Translations under genes and position numbers: made by a program
Part shown: one piece after another, positions 12,909 through 25,061 of the stretch
Numbering within the stretch: the stretch's first letter is position 1
How the letters are laid out: each line of letters starts with the position of its first letter
DNA from: Chiloscyllium plagiosum
Taxonomy: Eukaryota
NCBI RefSeq assembly: GCF_004010195.1
Contig: NC_057719.1
Coordinates: 26,717,498 to 26,781,497, forward strand
DNA: 64,000 bases
Direction of reading: 5' to 3'
The notes under the pieces: generated by a model
Database searches by the model: none
What the model was told of the DNA's origin: nothing
What the model saw: only the letters and a program-made list of their open reading frames with translations

Positions 12909-14739
12909 TTTTGGAACTGTGGTCACTGTAAGGAACATGGTAGCACACTGTGCACAGCAAAGTCTTATTAATGTAATACTAACCAAGTACTGGCCAAAAC
13001 AATGGGGAGACTTTGCCTTTTCTTCTTCAAAATTGCTTTGGGATCTGTTACATCCATCTGAGAGGAGCTTGCTTTATTGCCTCATTCAAAAGATGGCAGC
13101 TATTAAAGTCATGTAGCTCTGCTCCAGCAAGAAACATCATTGACAACATCCATCTTTTCCCTATCATTGATACGTCTAGAGGCAGATGTATCTCTTACAT
13201 GTGCTTGACATACTGATATAATGCTATACTTGATGGCACACAGCCCAACTGGCTGATATAAAATTGGGCATCTCCAGTTTTGGCAATGCCTAAATTGACT
13301 AGAAATGCAGAAAAAAAAGTTTGAAGCAATAATGTAGAAAAGATTACAGAAGGATTTCTTAAAGAGCCAGGCACTCTTGCAGGTAAGTAAACTTTATGGA
13401 ACTTTCTTAATTGGAATGTGGCTGATAGTTCTCTGGGAATGTTTTTGGGGGTGTTTTGATGAATTCACCAGAGAGATTGTTGCCATATCTTTACAAGGTT
13501 AGCAGTGAAGTAGGTGGCCTGTGCACTTAAGGACTGCTACAGCTATGGGGAGCCAGTAGCCATGCATCTGGGTCTGCAACATGGAGCAGAGACTGCTGGC
13601 AGGATAAAGTCTGTTCACTGTCTGTTACAATCAGTGCCAGACTTCTCCATTGTTTTTGATACTAACAGGAGGCCATCGAGTTAGCCAATGTGAAAGCCCA
13701 ATCAGTGCCTTCCATCACCCTTTGAGATCTTCACCTGAGTCCTCTGTATTAACATAGGAACATAGGATTCAAAAGCAAAATTCAGCCATTTGGCCCTTTG
13801 ATACTGCTGGACCATTTAATAAAATCATGGCTGACCTGGTTGTCGTCTCAGCTTGACTTTCTATCTTCATCCTTTAAGTCAACTCCATTGTCAATCAACA
13901 ATCTGTCAGCCCTCATTACACTTAAAGACCCAGCCCACCCTATTAGCTTCTGGGAAAAACCTACAAACAGCCCTCAGAGACAAAACAAAAACTCTCCATC
14001 TTCGTCTTAAACTCATGTTCAAACTATATTCCCTCGTTTTAGTTTATACCACATAAGGAAATATACTCAAGATATTCAACCCATCCAGTCCATGCAAGAC
14101 CTTATGTTTCAATATGATTGCCTCTCATTCTTCTAAACTCCAATCTGTCCTATCTTTATTAGGCAAGCCTTTCATCGCAAGAATGAGTTGAGTGAGCTTT
14201 CTCTGAACTGCTTCTAAAGCAATGATATCTCCCCACCCCGAGTAAGAAGACCAAAACTGTCGACAGTTTTCCAGATGTGGTCTCACCAAAACCCTACAAA
14301 GCTGCAGTCAATCTTTGTTACTTTTATATTCCATTTCCCTTGCAATAAATAACAACATTCAATTTGCCTTCCTAATCATTTGTTAGAGGTACATACTAAC
14401 CTCACCCTCCACTGAATTGGCAAATTAGCCATTGCTTCATTCTAGCTTGCTTGTAACTCACTTGTGTCCAGTGACTCACCACATGCACAGTTTGAAAAAT
14501 TCTTTCATGGGGTGTGGGCATCACTCCCAAGGTCAGCATTTGTTACATATTCTTCATTGGCCTAGAACTGAGTGGTTTGTTCAGCCATTTCAGTGATTCT
14601 AGGTTCAAGTTCCACTTCAGGATTTGACGATCAAGAAGGATGGTTCATAATAAAGCCAAACACATGGAGTATCAACTTGAAAATCTTTCTAATGCACTGA
14701 TGGCAGGTAGTAAGGGAAGGAGAAATTCTTGGTTATAAG

Positions 14740-15150
14740 GAGAGCCTGGATAGGCTGGGGCTTTTTTCACTGAAGCATAGTAGGTTGAAGGGTGACCTTA
14801 TAGATGTTTATGAAATCGTGAGGGGCATAGTTAAGGTAAATAATAAAGGTCTTTTCCCTAGGGTGAGGGAGTTCAAAACTAGGGGGTACATTTTTAAGGT
14901 GAGATGAGAAAGATTTAAAAGGGACCTGAAGGGCAGCTTTTTCACACAGAGGGTAGTTCGTATGTGGAATGAACTGCCAGAGGAAGTGGGAGATGCAGGT
15001 ACAGTTTCAACATTTAAAAGACAGGAATAAGAAAGGTTTAGAGGAATATGGGCCAAGCACAGGCAAGTAGGACTAGTCTAGTTTGGGAAACTCATTCAGC
15101 ATGGACACGTTGGATTGAAGGGTCTGCTTCCATGCTGTCTGATTCTATGA
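14740..15150 (+). mobile_element. CR1 LINE 3' fragment
   Basis: GGGTGACCTTATAGATGTTTATGAAATC...TGGAATGAACTGCCAGAGGAAGTGG and a CTATGA tail. Confidence 0.9.
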
Positions 15151-16175
15151 AAGGAAAGAATCACTCAAATTGGTGTTGGTCACATGTAGGTCAGAATGGC
15201 AGAGTTCCTTCCCTAAAAGGCATTAGTAACCTTGATAGATGTTCATGATCAATGATCACCATTACTGAGGTTAGCTTATCTTCCAAATTTTATTAATTGA
15301 ACTCAATTTCCACCACCAACCATGGTGGGACTTGAACGCATATCCACAGAGCATTAGACCAGGTACTGCATTACTAATCCCCACCTCTATAGCCCTCACT
15401 AAGAAATTTGCAGTTCCCAGTGTGTGAATTAGAGGCTGAGTGCCAGATTAAATGATAGTGCCTCTTCAAAACTGCTCTAACGTAGCTCTCTCGGGATCCT
15501 GTGGCTGAGTAGCTAAACGTTCTTCAGCATGTCATAGCAAAAATCAAGACGGCAATAAAAGCAGACTGCTGGCTGAAGCTGTGGAGAAACAGAGTTTGTG
15601 TTTTGAGCTCACCATGATTCTTCGTCAGTTCTGACTTGAAATGTTAACTGTGTTTCACTCTCCACAGGTTCTGCCACATCTGCAGAATTTCTCCAGCACA
15701 TCCTGCTTTCATTTTGAAGTTCCAGGATCCATAGTATTTACTTTTATCAAGAGGAAGAAGTTTGGAGTAGGGGAAATAGATAGGGCTGGAAACCAGGCAG
15801 TCCATTATGACACTAAAAGCAGCTTGCTCATCAATCAAGGTGAGGGAGAGAATGAGTATTGAGTATGAGCATAAGGCAGGAAGATGCCATCATCTTCAAT
15901 CTTCCCAACAATGTCAAATGCCACAGGTCCCACAATAGAGAGAACCAGCTCATCCACTGTGGCTCAGGAGATAAAGATGTCTTTGCCCCTGGCTGGGTCT
16001 GCTCCTTTCCGCTGTACATCTCTATTTCTCAAAAGAGAGACAGCAAAATATTAGTAATTGTGTTGCGCTGTGCTTGAATGATGTGTGACATTGCTGAAAT
16101 AGCTGAAGGAAGAAGTGGTTGGTGTGGGGTAATTAAAGTGTGGTATTTGGATATTAGACAGGTGTCTGAGTAGGC

Positions 16176-16720
16176 AAAAGCGAGGACTGTAGATGCTGGA
16201 AATCAGGGTCTAGATTAGAGTGGTGCTGGAAAAGCACAGCAGGTCAGGCAGCATCCGAGGGTCAGGAAAATTGACATTTCGGGCAAAAACCCTTCATCAG
16301 GAATGAAAGCAGGGAGCCTCCAGGGTGGAGAGATAAATGGGCTGAGCTGGAAGTTTGGAACTGGGACAAGGTGGGGAGAGGGGAAATGAGGAAACTGGTG
16401 AAGTCCACATTGATGCCCTGGGGTTGAAGTGTTCCGAGGCGGAAGATGAGGTGTTCTTTCTCCAGGCGTCGGGTAGTAAGGGAGTGGCGGTGGAGGAGGC
16501 CCAGGACTTGCATGTCCTCGGCAGAGTGGGAGGGGGAGTTGAAATGTTAGGCCACGGGGCGGTGGAGTTGATTGGTACATGTGTCCCAGAGATGTTCCCT
16601 AAAGCGCTCTGCGAAAAGGCATCCAGTCTCCCCGATGTAGAGGAGACTGCATCGGGAGTAACAGATACACTAAACGACATTGGTGGATGTACAGGTGAAA
16701 CTTTGATGGATGTGGAAGTG
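16176..16720 (-). mobile_element. Penelope-like element 3' part (GIY-YIG tail and terminal repeat)
   Basis: MQVLGLLHRHSLTTRRLEKEHLIFRLGTLQPQGINVDF and a terminal CTGATGAAGGG...CCCGAAA. Confidence 0.88.
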
Positions 16721-17909
16721 TGTCAGGTACTGCAGAGAGGTTAGCATTGGGGATGTGGTGTACTGAGCAGTGCAAGACTTTGTTGTCCAGTGGGTAAGAG
16801 CTATCAGGTGAAGATACATTCAGTGACACTGACCACTTGTTTGAGATCATCAGACCTCTTGCAACATAGCTGCTGGACCCTAACATCCAGATTCTGGAGT
16901 TAACCTTCCTCACCACTCGTTCCTACTCCCTTCTAAGGGTAATCCTCGAGGGTCTCATGGCACACAGTGGGTCCATGCTTTTTCTTGCTGTCCACTGAAA
17001 TGACTAAATCATCCACTGTCATTTCTGTCTGGATTTCAGTGTTTTAATTACCTCCATATTTCCCTTAAGATAGTTTGCCTTTCAAAATGCGGAGGTTTCC
17101 CTCAGCAAGCCACACTATTGATGCCACATACTGTGTGTAGAGCTGACTGGCAGCATGGGGAAGAGCTCATCGGCACTAGCAGCAAGGCAAACGGTATTGA
17201 AATCATGCAGATGAGGAGTGTAGGTGTGAAAGGGTACAAGCACACTGCAAAGTGTGGCTTTCCCATTCCCACCGAAATCAGGGCTAATGTATTTGTATTC
17301 CAGTACCTCTCTGATTACTGTGTTGAAGTGCCAGCATACATTTTGTGCTCAGTTTACTGAAAAGTGGTGAGGAAGAAAAATGTATAGAGTACAGCATAAG
17401 GCAATCATTCCAAGCTAGGACTGCACCACAAAACGTATCAGTTGGGGTCCACTGTATTTGCCCAGGAAACTTGCTGCAAACCAGCACGAAGTTCAATGTG
17501 TATGCAAATTATAGAAGTAATGTTTATTCACAGCCCTCTCCAGGTTTGGAGCCTGAGTGATCACAATCTGAACTATGCAATTTGTAAACTGTTTTCTCAG
17601 ATCTATTTTAACCAAACAAAATTTCAAAGGAAGCAATTCGTTCTGCTATGTGAGGAAAGACTGCAAGATGAAATGCTTCTTCTTTCAAGGTTCTGTACTA
17701 CCAATCACCTTGTGCATTGGATTTGATGTGACTGTTGATTGTTTCTAGGCCTTTGTGTTACTTTTCAATTCAGGAATACAAAACTGTGCAAATTAAATGT
17801 AGTTGTGCTATATTCATTTTTCTTAGGTGCAATTTTTTAGTGTAAATTACATAATTCACATTAAACCACTAATATTAATGTAGCATTTTTAATTAAATTG
17901 TGAGTTGTG

Positions 17910-18180
17910 CATATTGCCCAGAATCAGCCACATTTATGTGGGTCTGAAGTCACATATAGGTCAGGCCAAGGAAAAGATGCCAGATTTTCTTCCCTAAAAG
18001 ACATTAGTGAAGTGAATCAGATGGTCTTTTTATGATGATAGGGATACATGGTTGTCATTAGACAAGTTTTCATTCCAGATATTTATTGAATTCAGAATAT
18101 AACCATTTACCATGGCAAGATTCAAACACATGCCTTGAACATTAGCTTGGGTTCTGGATTACAAGTGAGGCAATATTACC
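17910..18180 (-). mobile_element. Deu-domain SINE just upstream of GPHB5 exon 2
   Basis: GGGTCTGAAGTCACATATAGGTCAGGCC...TTCCCTAAAAGACATTAGTGAA. Confidence 0.7.
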
Positions 18181-18344
18181 TTGAATTGAGAACCTCCAGA
18201 GAGACACGATTGATGTCATAGAGTCATAGACCTTTTTGATCATAAAGGATCATTGGCTATACACGAGAGTATTGCATGATACTATAGTTTACTTATTTTA
18301 GTCTATTATTAGAATTAACAAATTAAAATATGTGTTTGTTTCAG

Positions 18345-18549
18345 ACTGAATCACCACCACATAATCTGGGGGAGTCTTCTTCTGCAGTTGCTGGTTGTCT
18401 ATGTCAATGTGCTTCCAGCCTCCAATATCAGCTTGCGGACATTCATTGGCTGTGCTGTAAGAGAGTTCACATTCCTGGCTAAGAAACCAGGATGTAAAGG
18501 ATTGCGAATCAACACGGATGCTTGCTGGGGACGATGTGAAACCTGGGAG
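18345..18549 (+). CDS. GPHB5: GPHB5 exon 2: signal peptide and N-terminal half of the cystine knot
   Basis: Acceptor TTTGTTTCAG|A. Translates (R)LNHHHIIWGSLLLQLLVVYVNVLPASNISLRTFIGCAVREFTFLAKKPGCKGLRINTDACWGRCETWE, then donor GAG|GTGAGC. Matches the recalled vertebrate GPB5 sequence LRTF(V/I)GCAVREFTFLAKKPGC.GLRITTDACWGRCETWE. Missed by the ORF track because it has no ATG. Confidence 0.97.
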
Positions 18550-19456
18550 GTGAGCCAGGAATCCTGACTGTATCATTTTCCTCCTGAATTCTATTTGCTG
18601 TACTCTGCTGGAGAACAAAGTAAAGTAAAACTTTACTGTCTTTGATGTGAAATCACAATGTCTAAAATCCAGAGATAGGTAGCTTTTTAAAATATTAAAA
18701 TAATATCAACTGAATATTTAACATTAAATCTACATCAATGGTGTCAGAAATCATTCAAATCCTATGAGAAAAGATGTGAGGCATTTTTCATAAATGTTGC
18801 AATGACATTTAAAATGAGTCTTTCAGCAATTGACCACTGGTAATATTATTACAGCTTTCAACACCTGTTCTCTAATGTGTCACAATTATTATCATTGTTT
18901 GCAGCATAATTTAATACTTCCCAGCTCACCAATGATTAATTAAAAACCCACTTAGTTCAACTAAGCAACACTGTTACTTTCCTAATCAGAATCACCAAAA
19001 ATAATCTCCTAAAAGATCATTCCCTACTAAAAAAAAATACACTTATAATTTAGAGAGACTAGTGAATATCAGTATGCAGAGGAAATTGGCTGGGCTTACA
19101 CAGAAAGTTAACAGACAAGTGCATCTAGCAATTGGGAAGGCAAATTATGGGGTATTGGAAGACAAGAGCAAGGAAGGCCTCTGTGGTTGTATAGGATTTA
19201 CGGGAGACCTTGCCTGTGTATGGTGTACAGTTTTGGGGCATGATGTTTTGATATTTTTTAAATAAAATGTTGGGTGGCTATGTTCGGTGATGACTAATAC
19301 ATGAAGTGGGGCGAGAGGGCTTCAAAGGAAGCTTAAGGGATGGCTTCTAGTCCACTCCCTTGCCTGCACTGATGCCTCCAATTGCTCAGTTTGAGTGAAT
19401 TGAAAATATTCCTCCCCCATCCAGGCAGGCACATGAAAGAACCACATGCAAGGTGA

Positions 19457-19640
19457 GATTGATATCCTTCTTGGTCATAAACAATCATTTGATGTGCATG
19501 GGTATGCTGTATTATACCATGTTTTATTGATATTTTTTCCCCTATGATTAGAATTAACAAACTAAAATGTGTGTTTGTTATAGACTGAATCATCACCCCA
19601 TAATCTGGGGAAGGCTTATTCTTCAGTCACTGGTTGCCCT
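19457..19640 (+). pseudogene. Diverged partial duplicate of the GPHB5 intron1/exon2 boundary (pseudo-exon)
   Basis: ATTAGAATTAACAAACTAAAATGTGTGTTTGTTATAG|ACTGAATCATCACCCCATAATCTGGGGAAGGCTTATTCTTCAGTCACTGGTTG aligns to 18308-18397 (ATTAGAATTAACAAATTAAAATATGTGTTTGTTTCAG|ACTGAATCACCACCACATAATCTGGGGGAGTCTTCTTCTGCAGTTGCTGGTTG). Weaker similarity extends about 90 nt further upstream. Confidence 0.9.
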
Positions 19641-20009
19641 GGCTTCTCAGCAGAAAGATAGCTACTTTATCACCCACTGGGAAGGCAGATAATTGGGAGG
19701 TGGTGAACTGAAGCCCTTAAGAGGCCACTGATTGACTACTTGATGGCCTTAATTGGTGGTGGGTTGAGAAAGTTTCAGTGTTTGACCTCCTTGTGGGTCT
19801 GCTCCTGGGCCTGGCCATTACCAAGTCCAGGCAGTGGGGCGGGTAGGGGGTCGTTATGACTGCCCCTCTTCCATGATTATGTTCAGGCCGGGGTGTCCCT
19901 GGAAAAGGAGCATGCAGCAACCTCTTTAGGGAGAGCTGGGCACTGCAGCAGGTGGAGCATTGCTCGTTCTGTGCTTTGCTTGTCCACATGGGTGATTTTC
20001 CTGGTGGTG

Positions 20010-23000
20010 CGGCAGTAATAAAGTTATTTATACTTGGTGTTTTCACTGTGTCTTGCAACTACTCATACACAAGATGGGTGCTGGAATTATAAGCGCTACT
20101 GCTGTGTGTGGGGGGGAAAGGGAAAAAAATAGAAAGTCCCAGTGGACACACTTGCCCAGAACTTAGTGAGATGACAAGAAAGGGGGTGAGTATCAAGCTA
20201 GTGCTAACTTGCCTATTTGTTTCACTTTCTCACCACCTCCGGGGAAGGGAAAACCATATTTTTGGTTCCACTACTAAAGGAAGGTATCTTACAAAGGGGT
20301 AGAAAAAGAACAAATCATATAAAGGTTCAGGCTAAAAGGTCAGTCATTAAAATTAAATTAAATTAAATAATTGAAGTAGGGCTGGGTACAAAAAATAAGA
20401 GAAGACACCATGAGAGAAAGCTACTGGAGGAATCTCTACTCAGGCTGCTTAAAGCAGGCTAAACATTGTGTTATTTAAAAGGAGTAACCTTTCTGGACTA
20501 ATACAGAATTTTTTTCAGGAAACAAGGAGAATAAAGTGTGAGTTATAGTGATGCATCAAAGCATGGGGAAACTTCCAAGACATCTGCAAAGGGCAGAAAA
20601 ACCTTCATCGTGGCCACAAAGACTGGGAAAACTTCTCAGTACAACAGAAAACCAGAGAAGGAACAACAACAACCAAAAAGTAGATAAATTACTTATTCAC
20701 ATTAGGAAGCTATAACATCAGAAACAATATTGTTAGAAAGACTTAGAGTCAGAGTCATAGAGATGTGCGGCATGGAATCAGACTCCTCGAAGCAACGACC
20801 AGATATCCCAAACCAATCTAGTCCCACATGCCAGCACCTGGCCCATAACCCTGTAAACCATTCCTATTCATATATCAGTCCAGATGCCTTTTAAATTTTG
20901 CAATTGTACTAGCCTCCACCACTTCCTCTGGCAGCTCATTCCATACACGTACCACCCTCTGTGTAAAAATGTTGCCCCTTAGGTCTCTTTACCCTCTCAC
21001 CCTAAACCTATGCCCTCTAGTTCTGGACCCCCCACTCCAGGGAAAAGACTTTGTCTATTTATCCTATCCATGCCCCTCATAATTTTGTAAACCTCTATAA
21101 GGTCCCCCCTCAGCCTCCAACATTCCAGGGAAAACAGCTCCAGCCTGTTCTACCTCTCCTTACAGCTCAAATCCTCCAAACCTGGCAACATCCTTGTAAA
21201 TCTTTTCTGAACCCTTTCAAGTTTCACAACATCTTTCCGATAGGATGGAGACCAGTATTGCATACAGTATTCCAACAGTGGCCTAACCAATGTCCTATAT
21301 AGCTGCAACATGACCTCCCAATTCCTGTACTCAATACCCTGACCAATAAAGGAAAGCATATCAAACATCACTATCCTATCTACCTGCAACTCTACTTTCA
21401 AGGAGCTATGAACCTGCACTCCAAGGTCTCTTTGTCCAGTAACACTCCCTCGGACCTTACCATTAAGTGTATAAGTCCTGCTAAGATTTGCTCTATTTCA
21501 GAAATAGGCCAAATGGAACATAAAATTGAAGATCTCGGGGAAAACAATTCTTGTTGTACGGAACAGCTTCAAAACATGACTTTAAGACAGAAGCTGAACA
21601 AGTACATATACTTTTGTATGCAACTGGGTGTACAGCAGACACTGTTATTGCTTGCCAAGTGGTAAATTAAATACCAGATAAATTTCAAGAGACACTAAAT
21701 CCTCTGACAATTATTTCAGCCTCAGAATCAATAAAATTCTTGCAAGGGCAAGATTAAAGTAAAACTGTGCAAAATCCATGGATGATTTTATCCAATATCG
21801 ACAGGCTAATGGACAGATGCAGTAATGCCAACAATAATCTTGTCTCTCATGCTATTAAAGACTGGATCGTTGTTGGCATTACAGATGAGCTTTTCAGATT
21901 TATTAAAGTCAAAAGAAGATCCAGCTCCAGGGAAAACCATTCAGTTGGTGAATGAAGCCGAAATGTGGAACTAAAGCTGTTCAATCCTAAGAAAATAAGA
22001 TAAAACCAAGACACAGGAGAGCTATGGAACCTATTCATTTCTTAAAGTACAAAGCCACAAAAGGCACACCCGATCAGCCAATGAAGCAGTTAGGACAGAC
22101 ACCAGACATTAAAGAACTGTGCCAACACCGCGGAGCAAAGAAAGCTCACAAACGCAAAGGGTGCCCTTCCTTAAATACCGAACGCTGTTTTTAAAAGTGA
22201 ATCAATAATGTGCTGAAGCAGGAGACGGCTACAGAAAAGTAAAATACCAGAGAATTTCCCACACAAGGAGAGAAATGAAGCAAAACAGCCGTCAGTAGAA
22301 TATTAAAGCAATATTTTCCTAGGGGAGAATCTTTTGATTTTGATAATCAAATACTTATGCATCATATGAATTTCAATTTAGACACAAAGCAATTTTATTG
22401 GTTAGTGACCCTTGATTGATACACGATGCTTATAGCCAATAGAAACTCAACTTTATGCTGAAGGGGCACTGAACCTAATTTTAAAGATAGGCTGCAAGGA
22501 ACTCGCCTGTGTCAAGGTAGTAGAAAACCTGTATGTACCTTACAACCAAGAATTCTCTCTCCTGAGTGGAAGGTTACATATCAAAGTCAATTTCATTCGA
22601 AAGGTTAAGCAAACAGAATCTAAAAAAAGTTGCTTTGAATATGAATTGAATAAAAGGTTTGACTGATTTAAAATCTAATGCAATGTTACACTAAGTGAAG
22701 ATGCTAAATCCTTTATAAACCCTGGAATATACTACATTGCTTCATGAAACCAGTTGAGAACCAACTTATTGAGGTGTCACAAATTGGAATCATTTTCCTG
22801 GGCGCAGAACTAACAAAGTGGTACTGAGACAGGTTTATCATACCTAAGCCTAGTGATACTGTTTATGTTTGTATTCAACTCAACACATTAGTAGCAATAG
22901 AAATTCACCCTATGTCCACGGTTATAACAGTCTAGCCAAAATCTCTAAGAGCTGAGTTTTCAGAAAATGCGAAGCATATAGCTGATTTTGTGAGCACTAT

Positions 23001-24620
23001 TGGATGAGCAATCAGGAATACTTATCACGTTTATAATACCTTTTGGAAGATATTGTTTCAGTTAATTACCATTTTGGTATTGCATTTGCACCAGAGATTT
23101 TCCATTGAGCAATATCAGATATCATGACATTGTTGGGGATTTATATGTTGCATGGATGTTATGTTGATCAATGGGAAACAGTTGAAGAGTATGATCAGAG
23201 AATATGTGAAGTCTGAAAATGTTCACCAGCTGAAAGTCTCATATTTAATAATATGTACAAATTCTCCAAGGAATCCATCCATTTCTGTTCACCACATTGT
23301 TGGTCTAAAGGTGGTCATTGAAATGGATCACAAAATTTGGATTATCTACTGGACAAGGAGGAATTTACAAGAATGCCTCCAAGAGTACAAAGATTTTGAC
23401 TTTGCCTCATGAGATTTGCCTATGAAAAAGTCTAGATGCAGACATTGGTAGATGAACTGTCCAGAATAATGGTATGACAGCCTTACCAATTGCGATGCAG
23501 ACTTCATCTAAGAAGTCAACCTGGTCCAAGCAGCACAATGGCCAGCAGGTCACAAATGATCCAGCCAAATTTGACAAGAACAAATGAGGGCTGAGGAATG
23601 CCATATTGCACCAACAATTGGCCCACATCAAAGACCCAATGGTATGACTATGAAAGTGCATTCTGAACACAAGAATTGATAACATCATTATTGATGATAT
23701 TTAAATGTATGAGGAATGATGGGTCAAACCCAGCTTTACATCAAGAGGACATCTTGGTTATTTGGGAATCATCAAATGCTGCATGAGAGCTAAGATATCA
23801 GTGTGGAGGCCTGGAATCTGCAGGCTCATTGACAAACTCATTGCCAATTATTAGATATGAGCCAGACAATGGAACTTTGATTACATACCAAATTCTCCAG
23901 ACCTTGGGAATATGTAGGGATGGCTTGGTGTGTTTTCAGCTGAAAGGCTTACCTCATCATCGTGAATTATTCCTCTTGATGGATTGAGGTTAAGACATTG
24001 AATAGGAGGACTACAGAAGCAGACAACAGACTTGCGACTTCTCCAACACACAGCCTCCCATATATGGTGATGGAGGAAATACAGCCACAATTCATGAATC
24101 AATGCTTCAGCAACTTTTCAGCCAGTTCTGAAATTGAGCATGTCATAAGTTAACCACAGTACCCACAAAAACTGGCTCCACATTTACGCCTTCCTGATTA
24201 CTAAGTAGTACATTATAAAGAGTAATTCTATTAAACACAGCTGGTGACAAACATTGCAATAAATGCTATCAAATAAGTAACATACCAGAACTACAAGTGG
24301 GGCAATGGGCAAGAATCAGGGATTTAAACAGAAAAGGTAGAATCATCCTTGGAGCTGTGAGGCCATAGAGATCATACATCATCCATCCTGAAGGGGCTGT
24401 AAAAAGGATGTGTGGGCACATCAGCCCATTATGACTGAGCTTTTGACAGTAAACACCAGCCATTGTGTTGATGTCACAGGACTTTGTCACAGAGAAAAGG
24501 AGTTTGTGGAAGAACGATCTGAGGCTAGTGTGCGCCTAATAGTTTCTACCACATTATAGGTCATATTGATGTTACCTGTTAATAGCGCAACTCATCTGGT
24601 GTTAACTAACATAGGAAAAT
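20010..24620 (+). mobile_element. Heavily decayed Ty3/Gypsy element in GPHB5 intron 2
   Basis: Gag-like IKDWIVVGITDE at about 21850. RT LDEQSGILITFIIPFGRYCFS*LPF/GIAFAPEIF at about 23000-23105. Integrase zinc-finger-like remnant at about 23720-23830. PBS-like TGGGTGCTGGAA near 20075 and a purine tract near 24490. Boundaries are approximate. Confidence 0.78.
20745..21495 (-). mobile_element. CR1 LINE 3' fragment nested in the Gypsy element
   Basis: LQLYRTLVRPLLEYCMQYWSPSYRKDVVKLERVQKRFTRMLPGL. Confidence 0.93.
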
Positions 24621-24833
24621 GTACTTCTAGTGTATCAGTAAAACTTTTAACACCTTATGGTGATGAAGTTGAATCCAGCAAAAATAAAAGTAGGTTGAAC
24701 AGTGTTAGGGTTACAATTATAGTATTACTGTTTGTTTCACTTTGTTTTGAATATATGCACGCAGGCAGCAAATGGTTCTACTTGCTGTTCCCGAAATTAT
24801 TTTCTAAATATTGTTCACTGCTTTTGCTCATAG

Positions 24834-25022
24834 AAACCAGTCCTTGATCCTCCATACATTGAAGCACACCATCGGGTCTGTACCTATAACGAAACCAGGT
24901 TCATCACAGTGAAACTACCCAATTGTCGGGCTGGGATAGATCCATACTACACGTATCCTGTAGCAATGCGGTGTGACTGCGGTGTCTGTTCAACTGCCAC
25001 CACTGAGTGCGAGACTCTGTAA
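24834..25022 (+). CDS. GPHB5: GPHB5 exon 3: C-terminal half and stop
   Basis: Acceptor CTTTTGCTCATAG|, phase 0. Translates KPVLDPPYIEAHHRVCTYNETRFITVKLPNCRAGIDPYYTYPVAMRCDCGVCSTATTECETL*. With exon 2 this gives 10 Cys, the NET sequon and no seatbelt, as in GPB5. Confidence 0.98.
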   Translation, partial: KPVLDPPYIEAHHRVCTYNETRFITVKLPNCRAGIDPYYTYPVAMRCDCGVCSTATTECETL

Positions 25023-25061
25023 AATCTCCAGTTTTACTTGAAGCTGCAAAACAAACATCAC

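Noticed and set aside
13300..13390. Strong donor CAG|GTAAGT at 13383 as an alternative GPHB5 first coding exon
   Set aside because: The frame needed to join exon 2 has a TAA about 20 nt upstream with no ATG after it. It could at most be a non-coding exon, and nothing else supports it.
18298..18618. 106-aa minus-strand ORF
   Set aside because: Antisense shadow of GPHB5 exon 2.
24566..24847. 93-aa ORF running into GPHB5 exon 3
   Set aside because: Different frame from GPB5, intronic or LTR-derived sequence, no recognisable protein.
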